Below are positions 25,533 through 34,595 of a DNA stretch of 57,032 nt, in pieces; within the stretch, counting starts at the first letter, position 1; the number at the start of each line of letters is the position of its first letter. The stretch comes from Chitinophagales bacterium (GTDB taxonomy: Bacteria > Bacteroidota > Bacteroidia > Chitinophagales > CAIOSU01): NCBI GenBank assembly GCA_040877935.1, contig JBBDNB010000050.1:1-57032 (forward strand), given 5' to 3'. The position numbers were made by a program, and so were the translations under genes. The notes under the pieces are model-generated. The model saw only the letters and a list, made by a program, of their open reading frames with translations. It was not told where the DNA came from and did no database searches.

Positions 25533-25883
25533 TTGTTTCACAAGCTTAAAGCCTATATTTTTATTAAATCTGAAACATGCATCAAAATGTATTCGCGCAA
25601 GAAAAAGTTGGAGATGATGAAAGGCCTGATGTGGGATTACAATATTCCTTCCGAACATTGCCTGGAAGTTTTAGAGGGCAAGCGCAAAAATGCAGGACAT
25701 TATACGGAAGCCACTCTGTTCAGAAAATTGTTGGAATCTTATCGCTGGTTTACGGTTTTGAAAATACTTGATATTCAGAGAATTACAGAACTTCTAACCA
25801 AAGAACTTACTCATTCCCTCAGGTTTAAATCACTCACAAAGAATTATGAGTTTATCCGAAAACGATTACAAAAATCTGTATAA
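25533..25883 (+). CDS. Short putative partner (antitoxin candidate) of the AbiEii-like nucleotidyltransferase
   Basis: Seen: a 116-aa ORF (alternative starts at Met19 and Met28) overlapping the downstream AbiEii-like gene by 38 nt. No clear winged-HTH is recognisable, so the antitoxin role is inferred from gene arrangement only. Confidence 0.3.
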   Translation: MFHKLKAYIFIKSETCIKMYSRKKKLEMMKGLMWDYNIPSEHCLEVLEGKRKNAGHYTEATLFRKLLESYRWFTVLKILDIQRITELLTKELTHSLRFKSLTKNYEFIRKRLQKSV

Positions 25884-26568
25884 ACTGCAGGACAAGGTAT
25901 TCGATGAAATATCAGAACATACAGGCCCACTTTATCTCACAGGTGGTACAGCTCTGGGCAGGTTTTTTCTAAATCACAGGTACAGTGATGATATTGATTT
26001 TTTCGCAAATTCAGATCAATTATTTAAAAAAACAGTTTCAAAAATCAGGCTTATTCTTGAGCAAAATTTTGAAACAAATCCTGATAAACTTATTCTTTAT
26101 GATGATTTTATCAGAGTTTGGGTGATGAACAGCGAGAGTGAGCTTAAAGTAGAGTTTGTAAATGATGTACCATACAGGTGGGGCAAATCAATTGTAAGCA
26201 GCACTAAAAAAATCAACATTGATAATCCCGGTAATATTTTATCAAATAAACTAGGAGCTGTTGTGGGCAGGGGTGAACCAAAGGATGTATTTGATGTCAT
26301 CCACTTATCGCTCAATTATTCCTTTAACTGGGCTGAAATCTTTGAGCATACCATCCGAAAATCTGTTGTGGCAGAACAAGACGTGGCCATGCGACTAAAC
26401 ACTTTCCCCGTTGATCTTTTTGCAACCCAGCCCTGGCTTAAGAATTCAGTGGATATTGATCAAATGCGCGAAAAGTTGGAAACCATTTCCGATGATTTTC
26501 TTTTTGCAAGGGATAATTCGCTGGGAAAAGACAAAACGCCCATTACAAAAGCGAAAATCATTGAATAA
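25846..26568 (+). CDS. AbiEii/AbiGii-family nucleotidyltransferase toxin (DUF1814-like)
   Basis: Seen: LYLTGGTALGRFFLNHRYSDDIDFF (a GGTAL ... SxDID NTase signature) in 240 aa. Confidence 0.7.
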   Translation: MSLSENDYKNLYKLQDKVFDEISEHTGPLYLTGGTALGRFFLNHRYSDDIDFFANSDQLFKKTVSKIRLILEQNFETNPDKLILYDDFIRVWVMNSESELKVEFVNDVPYRWGKSIVSSTKKINIDNPGNILSNKLGAVVGRGEPKDVFDVIHLSLNYSFNWAEIFEHTIRKSVVAEQDVAMRLNTFPVDLFATQPWLKNSVDIDQMREKLETISDDFLFARDNSLGKDKTPITKAKIIE

Positions 26569-26593
26569 GGGTCTGTAACAAACACTAAAAAAA

Positions 26594-26627
26594 CCGCAGC
26601 CTGAAAATTTCAAACTGCGGTTTTTTT
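26594..26627 (+). terminator. Intrinsic terminator after the AbiEii-like gene
   Basis: Seen: hairpin ccgcagcctgaaaatttcaaactgcgg followed by ttttttt. Confidence 0.65.
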
Positions 26628-26630
26628 GTG

Positions 26631-26716
26631 TGCCCAGAACAGGAGTCGAACCTGCACGCCCTAAAACGAGCACAAGGCCCTCAACCTTGCGTGTCTACCA
26701 ATTCCACCACCTGGGC
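26631..26716 (-). tRNA. tRNA-Leu (anticodon GAG)
   Basis: Seen: the reverse complement folds as a cloverleaf. Acceptor stem GCCCAGG/CCTGGGC (wait: 3' strand TCTGGGC), anticodon stem CAAGG/CCTTG, loop TTGAGGG giving anticodon GAG, a long variable arm and a GGTTCGACTCC T-arm. Confidence 0.85.
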
Positions 26717-26921
26717 ATATTTAAAACCCTGCAAAGCTAAGCATTTCTCCATTTGTTGAAACAATAAATCTTGTGAATAATTTTAGTACCCTGTGGTATT
26801 GCAGAACAGACTTAAAACAATACCTTTCATTAAAAAAGATTTAATCACGTTTTATTCCCGTTTTATTTACAATTTATTTTCCTTTTAATCCCGGTATATC
26901 ATACTATTGGTGTAAATTAGC

Positions 26922-28001
26922 ATGATGTCATTTAAACCCAGATTCACAATTACACCTGCAATAACAAAGGCTCTCCTTGAAATAGAAAGGCACAAGGAAG
27001 CTATAGAGCACCTTCCGTTTTCTGCTTCAATGCTTGCTTCCCTAAGGGAGTCCGCAAGGTTAATGTCCACTCATTACTCCACACAAATTGAGGGCAACCA
27101 ATTAAGCCCAAAAGAGGTAGAAAAAGTTGTTAAAAAAAACATAGGTGGTTTTCCGGGTAGGGAGCGAGACGAAATGGAGGTAAAGAACTACTATAAGGCT
27201 CTGGAAGTGGTAGAAAGTCTTGCAAGTTCTAATGACCCTATCAAAGAAAAAGATATACAGTGCATACATAGTCTGATTCTTAAGGGTAAAACAAATCCTA
27301 CTCCTTATAGGGATGGACAAAATGTAATACAGGACAGCATGTCGGGAGCAGTAGTATATATGCCGCCTGAATATACTGATGTTCCTCAACTTATGGAGGA
27401 GCTGGTACGATGGATCAACCAACAAGTAAAAGAAGAAATACTACCTGTTGCCATAATTGGCGCAATCGCACATTACCAATATGCGACCATCCACCCATAT
27501 TATGACGGGAATGGCCGTACAGCCAGGTTGCTTACTACACTGATCCTCCACAAATGTGGTTATGATTTAAAGGGCATATACTCACTTGAGGAATATTATG
27601 CTAAAAATCTAAAAGCTTATTACAATGCTTTAGATACAGACAATATCCCCAATTATTATATGGGGAGAAAAGAGGCTAATATTACTCCCTTTCTGGAATA
27701 TTTTTGTTCAGGCATGGCCATTTCATTTAGAAGGATAAGAACAAAAGCTGAACAGGAGAAAGCTCCTGACCAATCGAAAATACTTAGGCAGCTCAGTGCC
27801 AGGCAGAAACAGGCACTGTCACTTTTCAATAAACAAGCAGAGATAAAATCCTCTGAACTGGCAAGTCATTTAGGGATTCCCGACAGAAGTTCAGCTGAAC
27901 TTTGTATAAAATGGGTAGAGGATGGTTTTCTAAAGATTACAAACCCATCAAAAAAGGCTCGTGCCTACGGACTAAGTGATATCTATGAAAAACTGATCTA
28001 A
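26922..28001 (+). CDS. Fic family protein (class II, with N-terminal inhibitory motif)
   Basis: Seen: a canonical Fic active-site motif HPYYDGNGRTARL and an N-terminal inhibitory-helix motif STQIEGN ([ST]xxxE[GN]). The C-terminal ~90 aa are consistent with a winged-helix domain, which is inference. Confidence 0.85.
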   Translation: MMSFKPRFTITPAITKALLEIERHKEAIEHLPFSASMLASLRESARLMSTHYSTQIEGNQLSPKEVEKVVKKNIGGFPGRERDEMEVKNYYKALEVVESLASSNDPIKEKDIQCIHSLILKGKTNPTPYRDGQNVIQDSMSGAVVYMPPEYTDVPQLMEELVRWINQQVKEEILPVAIIGAIAHYQYATIHPYYDGNGRTARLLTTLILHKCGYDLKGIYSLEEYYAKNLKAYYNALDTDNIPNYYMGRKEANITPFLEYFCSGMAISFRRIRTKAEQEKAPDQSKILRQLSARQKQALSLFNKQAEIKSSELASHLGIPDRSSAELCIKWVEDGFLKITNPSKKARAYGLSDIYEKLI

Positions 28002-28036
28002 AAAGTCCATCCCAAATAGTGAAATTTTAAAACAAC

Positions 28037-28056
28037 CCTTGCTTTAACAAGGTTTT
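28037..28056 (+). terminator. Weak hairpin plus T-run after the Fic gene
   Basis: Seen: ccttg-ctttaa-caagg followed by ttttt. Confidence 0.35.
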
Positions 28057-28103
28057 TCATTCTACGGGAATTATTCTATTATCAAGCCATTGGCTAAACT
28101 ATA

Positions 28104-28958
28104 CTATGCCTCTCCCTTTTTAATATGGTACAAAGCCAAATCATATATTGGTTTGCGAATGACTTTCCCTACCTGTAAGCCTTTTTCATTCAGGCATTCC
28201 AGCAAAATATTTTTAAAAATAAAAGCTATGGAACCTACAAAATGTACCGGTACTTCTTTGGCTTTTTTAAAGGGCAAGACATGGAAATCCAGAAAATCAT
28301 TGAATGATTTTTTCAGCAATTGCTGTACAAATGGATCTTCTTGCCTATCGCCAAGCACTCGGGTAAACTGCGCCAAATATTGATTGGGATTTTTGGGCTT
28401 TAAATACACTTCGTCCAACAGTTTTTCTCTGTCAAGATCAAACTCCTTGTATATTCTCAATTTGAGCCATTTCGGTATGCGATCGTAAAAGTAAAGCCTG
28501 ATCAGGTCGCGCCCGATTTGACTGGCACCACCCTCATCGCCAAGAATATAGCCCAGGGAAGGTGTGCCCTCATCGAGTTTTTCGCCATCATAATAGCAAG
28601 CATTGGAACCTGTGCCCAAAATGCAACTGATGCCTGGTTGATCGCCACAAGTGGCATATACAGAAGCCAACAGATCGTGTTGTACATTTACTGCTGCATT
28701 GCGAAAGAAAGCAGAAAGCCCTTTTTCAATAATGGCATTGCGTTCTTTGTTGGAACACCAGGCACCATAAAACTGAATTTTAAGGATTTGATTTTTGAAA
28801 AGCGCTATGTCTTCTATTTTGCTCAATTCTACACCTATGCTCAACGTGTCGTGATAGAGCGGGCTAAGCCCATTGGTGCTGAATTCCTTCACCACCTTGC
28901 CTTTGCTTATCAGCAGCCAGTCAGCTTTTGTAGATCCACTTTCAGCGAGTAAAAACAT
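28104..28958 (-). CDS. BadF/BadG/BcrA/BcrD-type ATPase (N-acetylglucosamine-kinase-like)
   Basis: Seen: an ASKHA-fold N-terminus MFLLAESGSTKADWLLI and glycine-rich phosphate loops (GTGSNACYYDG). Confidence 0.6.
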   Translation of the reverse strand: MFLLAESGSTKADWLLISKGKVVKEFSTNGLSPLYHDTLSIGVELSKIEDIALFKNQILKIQFYGAWCSNKERNAIIEKGLSAFFRNAAVNVQHDLLASVYATCGDQPGISCILGTGSNACYYDGEKLDEGTPSLGYILGDEGGASQIGRDLIRLYFYDRIPKWLKLRIYKEFDLDREKLLDEVYLKPKNPNQYLAQFTRVLGDRQEDPFVQQLLKKSFNDFLDFHVLPFKKAKEVPVHFVGSIAFIFKNILLECLNEKGLQVGKVIRKPIYDLALYHIKKGEA

Positions 28959-29016
28959 AGAATTTTTATTTCAAGTCCGAAAATAGAAAAATTAGAAAGT
29001 GCAAAAGAGCAAAGCC

Positions 29017-29514
29017 CTAAGAGTTTTCAAAGTATTGCTGCATTTTTTCTACTACCATATATGCTGCGGGACAAATCTGTGTGTTTTTTGCAGTCAGCTT
29101 TGTGATTTTGTGAAAATCCCGAAAGTCAGTATGCGGATATTCCCTGCATGCTTTTGGCCGAACTTCATAAACCGAGCAATAATTGTCTGTCCCGAGAAAA
29201 GGGCAGGGGACTGTTTGCAAAACATAATCTCCGTCTTCATCGATGCGCAGGTATTTTTCTGTGAAATCTGCCGGTCGCATTTGCAGGTGTGCCGCAAGTC
29301 GTTCTATGTCTTTTTGTTTGAATAATGGCCCTGTTGTTTTACAACAATTGGCACAATCCAGGCAATTAATTGTTTCAAAAGCTTCATCGTGGCAACTATG
29401 CGCCATTTGATTGACTTTTCCGGATTTTTCTTTCGCCAGCGAATTGAGGAATTTCCGGCTTTGCTTTTTTCGGGAAGCGGATTTTTCGAGGATTTTTTGG
29501 AGTTCGGGAGTCAA
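29017..29514 (-). CDS. YkgJ-family cysteine-cluster protein (UPF0153)
   Basis: Seen: CHDEAFETINCLDCANCCKTTGP and CPFLGTDNYCSVYEVRPKACREYP cysteine clusters. Confidence 0.6.
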   Translation of the reverse strand: MTPELQKILEKSASRKKQSRKFLNSLAKEKSGKVNQMAHSCHDEAFETINCLDCANCCKTTGPLFKQKDIERLAAHLQMRPADFTEKYLRIDEDGDYVLQTVPCPFLGTDNYCSVYEVRPKACREYPHTDFRDFHKITKLTAKNTQICPAAYMVVEKMQQYFENS

Positions 29515-29523
29515 ACTTGCAGT

Positions 29524-30069
29524 TTAATTTTGAATGGCACGGCTTTCTTTATAGAGCATTTCCATCAGTCCGAAAGATTTTTCATCAGATCTTTTGGCAC
29601 CGGCTTCTACATAAATAAAAACCTCTTCGTTGCGGGTCTTCTCGTATTTTTCTTCTTTTCTGAAAACGGACAATTTTGCTGCCAGTGATTTCTGAACACT
29701 GTTGATGAAATCCTTTAGTTGTTCAGGATCACGGAAATCCATATCAGTTTTCGGATCAGCAGTGAGTCCAACTTCTATGTAAGTATTGTCTTTAAAGTAG
29801 AGTTGGCGGTATTTTTTCTCTTCTCTGAGCTCCAGATATTCAACTTTGGTCAATACCTGATCGAAAACCTGTTCGCTGAAAGCTTCAATCAGTTCCAGAG
29901 CGCGCTCCTGCTTTTTAATACGAATATGCGCCCACTCTTCAGGTGCAATAGATCGCTTTGACAAAAAACCCATAAATTCTTTGTCCAAACTTTGTAATTC
30001 TTCAAATGAAAGCAATCTAAATTTCATGCAGTGCTTAATTTTATGCAAAGCTATGAATAAAGCGGTCAA
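29524..30069 (-). CDS. Hypothetical protein
   Basis: Seen: a 181-aa ORF with good coding appearance; the start is uncertain (internal Met at MKFRLL). No family was recognised. Confidence 0.4.
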   Translation of the reverse strand: MTALFIALHKIKHCMKFRLLSFEELQSLDKEFMGFLSKRSIAPEEWAHIRIKKQERALELIEAFSEQVFDQVLTKVEYLELREEKKYRQLYFKDNTYIEVGLTADPKTDMDFRDPEQLKDFINSVQKSLAAKLSVFRKEEKYEKTRNEEVFIYVEAGAKRSDEKSFGLMEMLYKESRAIQN

Positions 30070-30085
30070 TCTTTCAATGTGTAGT

Positions 30086-30120
30086 AACCTGAGCTCTTAA
30101 ATAATTATCGAATTCAGGTT
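30086..30120. repeat. Copy C of the ~35-bp palindromic repeat
   Basis: Seen: aacctgagctcttaaataattatcgaattcaggtt in the 70-bp divergent intergenic region between 30069 and 30140. Confidence 0.8.
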
Positions 30121-30139
30121 GTGCTAATGCAATGTATAT

Positions 30140-31060
30140 TTGCGGCTCATGCAGCAATTGATTTTATTGTTTCTATTTCTCGGAGCTGGACTGGCATTTC
30201 AAAAAGTAAAATGGCTGCCTCAACAATCAGCGCATTGGCTGAATGCTTTTGTTATCAATATCAGTCTTCCGGCACTGGCGCTGCTGCATATTCCTGCAAT
30301 TTCATTTTCGGCAAAGCTTATTTTTCCGGTAGCCACGGCATGGATCGTATTTTTACTTGCAGTACTGCTTTTCAAATTGTTGCAATCCTATATGAGCTGG
30401 GACAAAGCGACTGTGGGCTGCCTGATCCTTACTTGCGGATTGTGCAATACTTCATTTATCGGTTTCCCGATTGTCAAGGCGCTTTATGGTGCTGAAGGTA
30501 TGCAGACGGCCATCCTGGTAGATCAACCGGGGTCATTTTTAGTGTTGAGCACTTTGGGTGTTATTGTCGGAATTGTGTTTTCCGGAAGTAGTGCCGGACC
30601 CGGGATTATCTTTAAAAAGATATTGTTTTTTCCGCCTTTTATTGCTTTTTTATCTGCGCTGCTTTTAAAAACCATCAATTTTGAATGGCCCGAAATGGCG
30701 GAAAGTGCATTAAGCATTATTGGTGCTACTATAACCCCTGCCGCGCTGCTGTCTGTGGGTTTACAATTGAAAATTAAGGGTGCAGGCTTGTCCAAAAAGA
30801 CTGCTGCCATAGGTTTGTTTTATAAATTGATTCTGGCACCACTGAGTATTTATCTTTTGTATGTGCTGCTTTTTAATCAGGGCGGAATATCTACACAGGT
30901 GAGTATTCTGCTTGCAGCAATGGCTCCTATGATCTCGGGCGGTATTTTAGCCATACATTTTAATTTAAAGCCGCAATTGGCCAATTTCATTGTTGGCGTG
31001 GGCATTCCCATTGCCTTTGTTACCGTATCTTTTTGGTATTTAATCATTTCAGGCCTATGA
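30140..31060 (+). CDS. AEC-family (auxin efflux carrier-like) membrane transporter
   Basis: Seen: a polytopic membrane protein of 306 aa with the two-repeat topology typical of the AEC family. Family assignment is recalled. Confidence 0.65.
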   Translation: MRLMQQLILLFLFLGAGLAFQKVKWLPQQSAHWLNAFVINISLPALALLHIPAISFSAKLIFPVATAWIVFLLAVLLFKLLQSYMSWDKATVGCLILTCGLCNTSFIGFPIVKALYGAEGMQTAILVDQPGSFLVLSTLGVIVGIVFSGSSAGPGIIFKKILFFPPFIAFLSALLLKTINFEWPEMAESALSIIGATITPAALLSVGLQLKIKGAGLSKKTAAIGLFYKLILAPLSIYLLYVLLFNQGGISTQVSILLAAMAPMISGGILAIHFNLKPQLANFIVGVGIPIAFVTVSFWYLIISGL

Positions 31061-32178
31061 ATTTCAGTTATTGGGAAAAGACAGAATTTCTAAATTATGA
31101 TCATATCATTATTGGTAGTGGTATTACTGGATTGAGCACTGCCATTCGACTCAGGGAATTAGAGCCAAAAAGCAAAGTTTTAATTTTAGAACGGGGTATT
31201 TTGCCCAGCGGAGCCAGTACCAAAAATGCAGGTTTTGCCTGCTTTGGCAGCCTAACGGAAATTATTGATGATCTGGAAAACATGTCTGAGTCCGAGTGTT
31301 TGGGTTTGATAGAAAGGCGTTGGAAAGGTTTGAGCAAATTGCGCAAAAACCTGGGCGATGATAGTATCGGTTACCAGGCTTGTAAAGGCTATGAACTGAT
31401 TGAAACAGAACAGGAAAAATACCTTGATCAATTGGGCGGCATAAATAAAATGTTGCAGCCCATTTTCAAAAAAAATGTGCTTGAGCTATGCAATCATAAA
31501 ATCAAAGATTTTGGTTTTTCCCAAAAGCATATAAAGCATTTACTGGTCAATGAATTTGAGGGCTCGGTAAATACCGGAATGCTGATGCAAAGCCTTTTGC
31601 AAAAAGCCGCTGAAATTGGTATTCGCATCATATCAGGAGCAGAAGTAGCGCATTGGCAGCGTGAAGGAAATGGCGTAGAAGTTCATTGTGAAAATGGTAC
31701 TGTTTTTAGGGCACAGCAACTAGGGATTTGTACCAATGCCTTTGCCAAAAAGCTTTTGCCTGAATTGGACATCCGTCCTGGGCGGGGTTTGGTATTGGTA
31801 ACAAAGCCATTGAAACAATTGCCTTTTGAAGGTATTTTCCACTACGATTTGGGCTATTATTATTTCAGGAATATTGATGACAGAGTTTTACTGGGTGGTG
31901 GCCGCAATAAGGATTTTGAAACCGAAAATACCGTTCAGTTTGGCTTAAACCCTTTGATCAAAAAAGATTTAGCTGATAAACTCCATCAAATTATCGCCCC
32001 TGGATCAAAGCCAGAGATTGATTATTATTGGTCGGGAATTATGGCTTTTGGAGCCAATAGAACCACTCTACAGGGCAGGGCCAATAAACATGTAGCCTAC
32101 GCTCTGCGCCTGGGAGGAATGGGCATTGCTATTGGCACTTTAATGGGGGAGGAATTGGCAGAAAGGATGCTTTGTTGA
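31033..32178 (+). CDS. FAD-dependent oxidoreductase (DAO family)
   Basis: Seen: an N-terminal Rossmann dinucleotide motif DHIIIGSGITGLSTAIRL. The start overlaps the end of the AEC gene by 28 nt. Confidence 0.7.
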   Translation: MVFNHFRPMNFSYWEKTEFLNYDHIIIGSGITGLSTAIRLRELEPKSKVLILERGILPSGASTKNAGFACFGSLTEIIDDLENMSESECLGLIERRWKGLSKLRKNLGDDSIGYQACKGYELIETEQEKYLDQLGGINKMLQPIFKKNVLELCNHKIKDFGFSQKHIKHLLVNEFEGSVNTGMLMQSLLQKAAEIGIRIISGAEVAHWQREGNGVEVHCENGTVFRAQQLGICTNAFAKKLLPELDIRPGRGLVLVTKPLKQLPFEGIFHYDLGYYYFRNIDDRVLLGGGRNKDFETENTVQFGLNPLIKKDLADKLHQIIAPGSKPEIDYYWSGIMAFGANRTTLQGRANKHVAYALRLGGMGIAIGTLMGEELAERMLC

Positions 32179-32228
32179 AATTATTTAACCTGAAAATTTT
32201 AAATACAGTTTGAGATTTTAAGGATGAA

Positions 32229-33218
32229 TCAATAATAATTTCTACTGCTCAAATAATTCTTTAAATAATCAGCCACACCTTCTTCTAAAGTAAAAGTAGC
32301 ACTTGAATACCCAACTGCATTCAACTTTTGCATATCCGCTTCGGTAAAATACTGGTATTTGTCTCGAATATCTTCAGGGGTGTCTATAAATTCTATTTGC
32401 GGCTCTTTTTCCAAAACAGAAAATACAGCATGTGCCAAATCCAGGAAAGTACGAGCTGTTCCTGTGCCAATATTGTACAAGCCTGAAGGGGGACGTTCTT
32501 GCATAAAAAAGTAAATCATTTCCAGCACATCCATCACATAAATGAAATCGCGCAATTGCTCCCCATCTTTATATTCAGGATGGTGCGAACGGAAAAGACG
32601 CATTTTACCCTCCTTTTGGATTTGCTGGTAAAAATGAAAAATAACGGATGCCATACGCCCTTTGTGGTATTCGTTTGGGCCGTAAACATTGAAGAATTTC
32701 AATCCATACCAATTTGCCGGAGCTTTGTCCTGCTCCAATGCCCACAAATCAAATTCTTGCTTTGAGTTTCCGTAAGGATTGAGCGGTTGCAATGGGCGAA
32801 TATCCATCTGATCGGAAAAACCCAACTTTCCATCGCCATAAGTAGCTGCTGAGGAAGCATAAATAAATGGAATATTTTGTTCAGCAGCTTGTTTCCAGAG
32901 AAATTTGGAATAATCTACATTTAAATTGTCAAAAGTTTTTTTGTCAAATAAAGTGGTATCAGTTCGTGCGCCTATGTGTATGATCAATTCAATGTCAGTG
33001 GGTAGTTCTTTTGCTAAATACGCTGAGCGATTGAGCAACTGTTTGTACTTTTTGCCTGCCCAGTTCTGCTTTTTTTCAGGATGTGAAAAATCATCGAGCA
33101 GATAAATATTGGCAAAGCCTTTCTGATTTAAATAGGAGAGTAGGCAACTGCCAATGAATCCGGCTGCTCCTGTCAATAAAATTCCGCTTTCTTTTTGTAG
33201 AGGGTTATTTTTTTTCAT
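32229..33218 (-). CDS. NAD-dependent epimerase/dehydratase, ADP-L-glycero-D-manno-heptose 6-epimerase (HldD)-like
   Basis: Seen: LLTGAAGFIGS Rossmann motif and YASSAATYG active-site region. Confidence 0.55.
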   Translation of the reverse strand: MKKNNPLQKESGILLTGAAGFIGSCLLSYLNQKGFANIYLLDDFSHPEKKQNWAGKKYKQLLNRSAYLAKELPTDIELIIHIGARTDTTLFDKKTFDNLNVDYSKFLWKQAAEQNIPFIYASSAATYGDGKLGFSDQMDIRPLQPLNPYGNSKQEFDLWALEQDKAPANWYGLKFFNVYGPNEYHKGRMASVIFHFYQQIQKEGKMRLFRSHHPEYKDGEQLRDFIYVMDVLEMIYFFMQERPPSGLYNIGTGTARTFLDLAHAVFSVLEKEPQIEFIDTPEDIRDKYQYFTEADMQKLNAVGYSSATFTLEEGVADYLKNYLSSRNYY

Positions 33219-33294
33219 GGTTCTATTAACAAAATGATGCTTTCACTCATTATTGTTTAAATTTGACACTTCTAAATTCAAAAATTAAAATAAA

Positions 33295-33891
33295 ATGCAA
33301 AACTACTTTATTTCAGACGATAAAAAAGACGATAAGAAAAAGCAAAGTTCAATAGCTGAACGTTTTGAAAACCAGTTTTTAAAAGAGCGCAAAGTGTTTC
33401 TCTGGGGACAGGTAGATGATAAATCTGCTGAAAAAGTGGTGAACCGCTTACTCTTTTTAGAAGCCCAGGATCCGGGTAAGGAAATTAAATTCTTCATCAA
33501 CAGCCCCGGTGGTATTGTCACCAGTGGAATGGTGATGATGGATACAATAGAACTGATCACTTCTCCGGTTAGTACTATTTGTATGGGCATGTCTGCATCT
33601 ATGGGTTCATTGCTTTTATCACAAGGCGAGAAAGGCAAAAGGTTTATTTGGCCAAGTGGCAGGGTAATGATCCATCAGCCGAGTATGGGCGGTGCGCAGG
33701 GCAGTGCTTCTGATTTGGAAATTACCGCTCGAGAGATTAAACGCATAAAAGAACAAAGTGCACAAATCCTGGCCGATAATTGCGGGAAAAGCTTTGAACA
33801 AATTATGAAGGATTTTGACCGTGATTTCTGGATGGATGCCAATGAAGCTGTTAAATATGGCATTGCAGATGCGGTGGCCAAAGAATTATAA
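33295..33891 (+). CDS. clpP: ATP-dependent Clp protease proteolytic subunit ClpP
   Basis: Seen: active-site Ser region GMSASMGSLLL, INSPGGIVTSGMVMMDT, and His/Asp regions HQPSMG and DRDFWMDANEA. Confidence 0.9.
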   Translation: MQNYFISDDKKDDKKKQSSIAERFENQFLKERKVFLWGQVDDKSAEKVVNRLLFLEAQDPGKEIKFFINSPGGIVTSGMVMMDTIELITSPVSTICMGMSASMGSLLLSQGEKGKRFIWPSGRVMIHQPSMGGAQGSASDLEITAREIKRIKEQSAQILADNCGKSFEQIMKDFDRDFWMDANEAVKYGIADAVAKEL

Positions 33892-33918
33892 ACATTATTA
33901 AATGTTTTCCGTAATAAT

Positions 33919-33951
33919 GAGCGGTGCTACTGTAGCACCGCTCTTTTTTTT
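33919..33951 (+). terminator. Intrinsic terminator after clpP
   Basis: Seen: hairpin gagcggtgctactgtagcaccgctc followed by tttttttt. Confidence 0.7.
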
Positions 33952-33964
33952 CAAACATTCGATT

Positions 33965-34492
33965 ATGAACAAGTATTATCTCATAGCTTTTTTGGTGTTG
34001 AATTTGATTTTTCTTTATGCTTGCAATAAAGAAGATGAAAGTCTGACAAAAACCTGTCCTGTTGATTACGAATACACAGAAGTGAATTTTAAGAAAGAAA
34101 TGAGCATAGAACAGCGCTGGCGTTTTGTTGGTTTTGAAGACAAGTCAAGTAAAGAAATTCAAGATCCGCCATGCCGCACAACCCCGATAACTATTGCTTT
34201 TGCAGATACCATCCACGACAATTCAAACAGTGAATTCTACTTGCCTTATTTGATGAAAGGCACTATGCTGATCAACAAGTTTACAAGCTCTTATGAAGTC
34301 GCTGAAGAGGGGCGTGCCATAGAAGTTTCACGCGTGATTGCTTCACAGGTAAAGGGACAGAATTATGTCAGTGCGTTTGAGGAAAAATTTATTGATGGCA
34401 TTCAAAGAATGAACAGTTTTGAGATAGAAGGAAACACCCTGCGCTTGAAAAATGAATCCAAAGCCTATGATTTGCTTTTTTATGCTTATTGA
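33965..34492 (+). CDS. Hypothetical lipoprotein
   Basis: Seen: a lipoprotein-type signal MNKYYLIAFLVLNLIFLYAC. The start was moved inward because the longest ORF (33902) would run through the clpP terminator hairpin. Confidence 0.45.
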   Translation: MNKYYLIAFLVLNLIFLYACNKEDESLTKTCPVDYEYTEVNFKKEMSIEQRWRFVGFEDKSSKEIQDPPCRTTPITIAFADTIHDNSNSEFYLPYLMKGTMLINKFTSSYEVAEEGRAIEVSRVIASQVKGQNYVSAFEEKFIDGIQRMNSFEIEGNTLRLKNESKAYDLLFYAY

Positions 34493-34520
34493 CATCAACA
34501 AATAATTGAGTGTAAATATT

Positions 34521-34553
34521 AAGCCGTTTCTTCAAAAACGGCTTTTGTTTTTT
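34521..34553 (+). terminator. Intrinsic terminator
   Basis: Seen: hairpin aagccgtttcttcaaaaacggctt followed by ttgtttttt. Confidence 0.6.
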
Positions 34554-34595
34554 ACAAAAATCAAATATTTACAGAATAATCTATAGTTTTGAACA

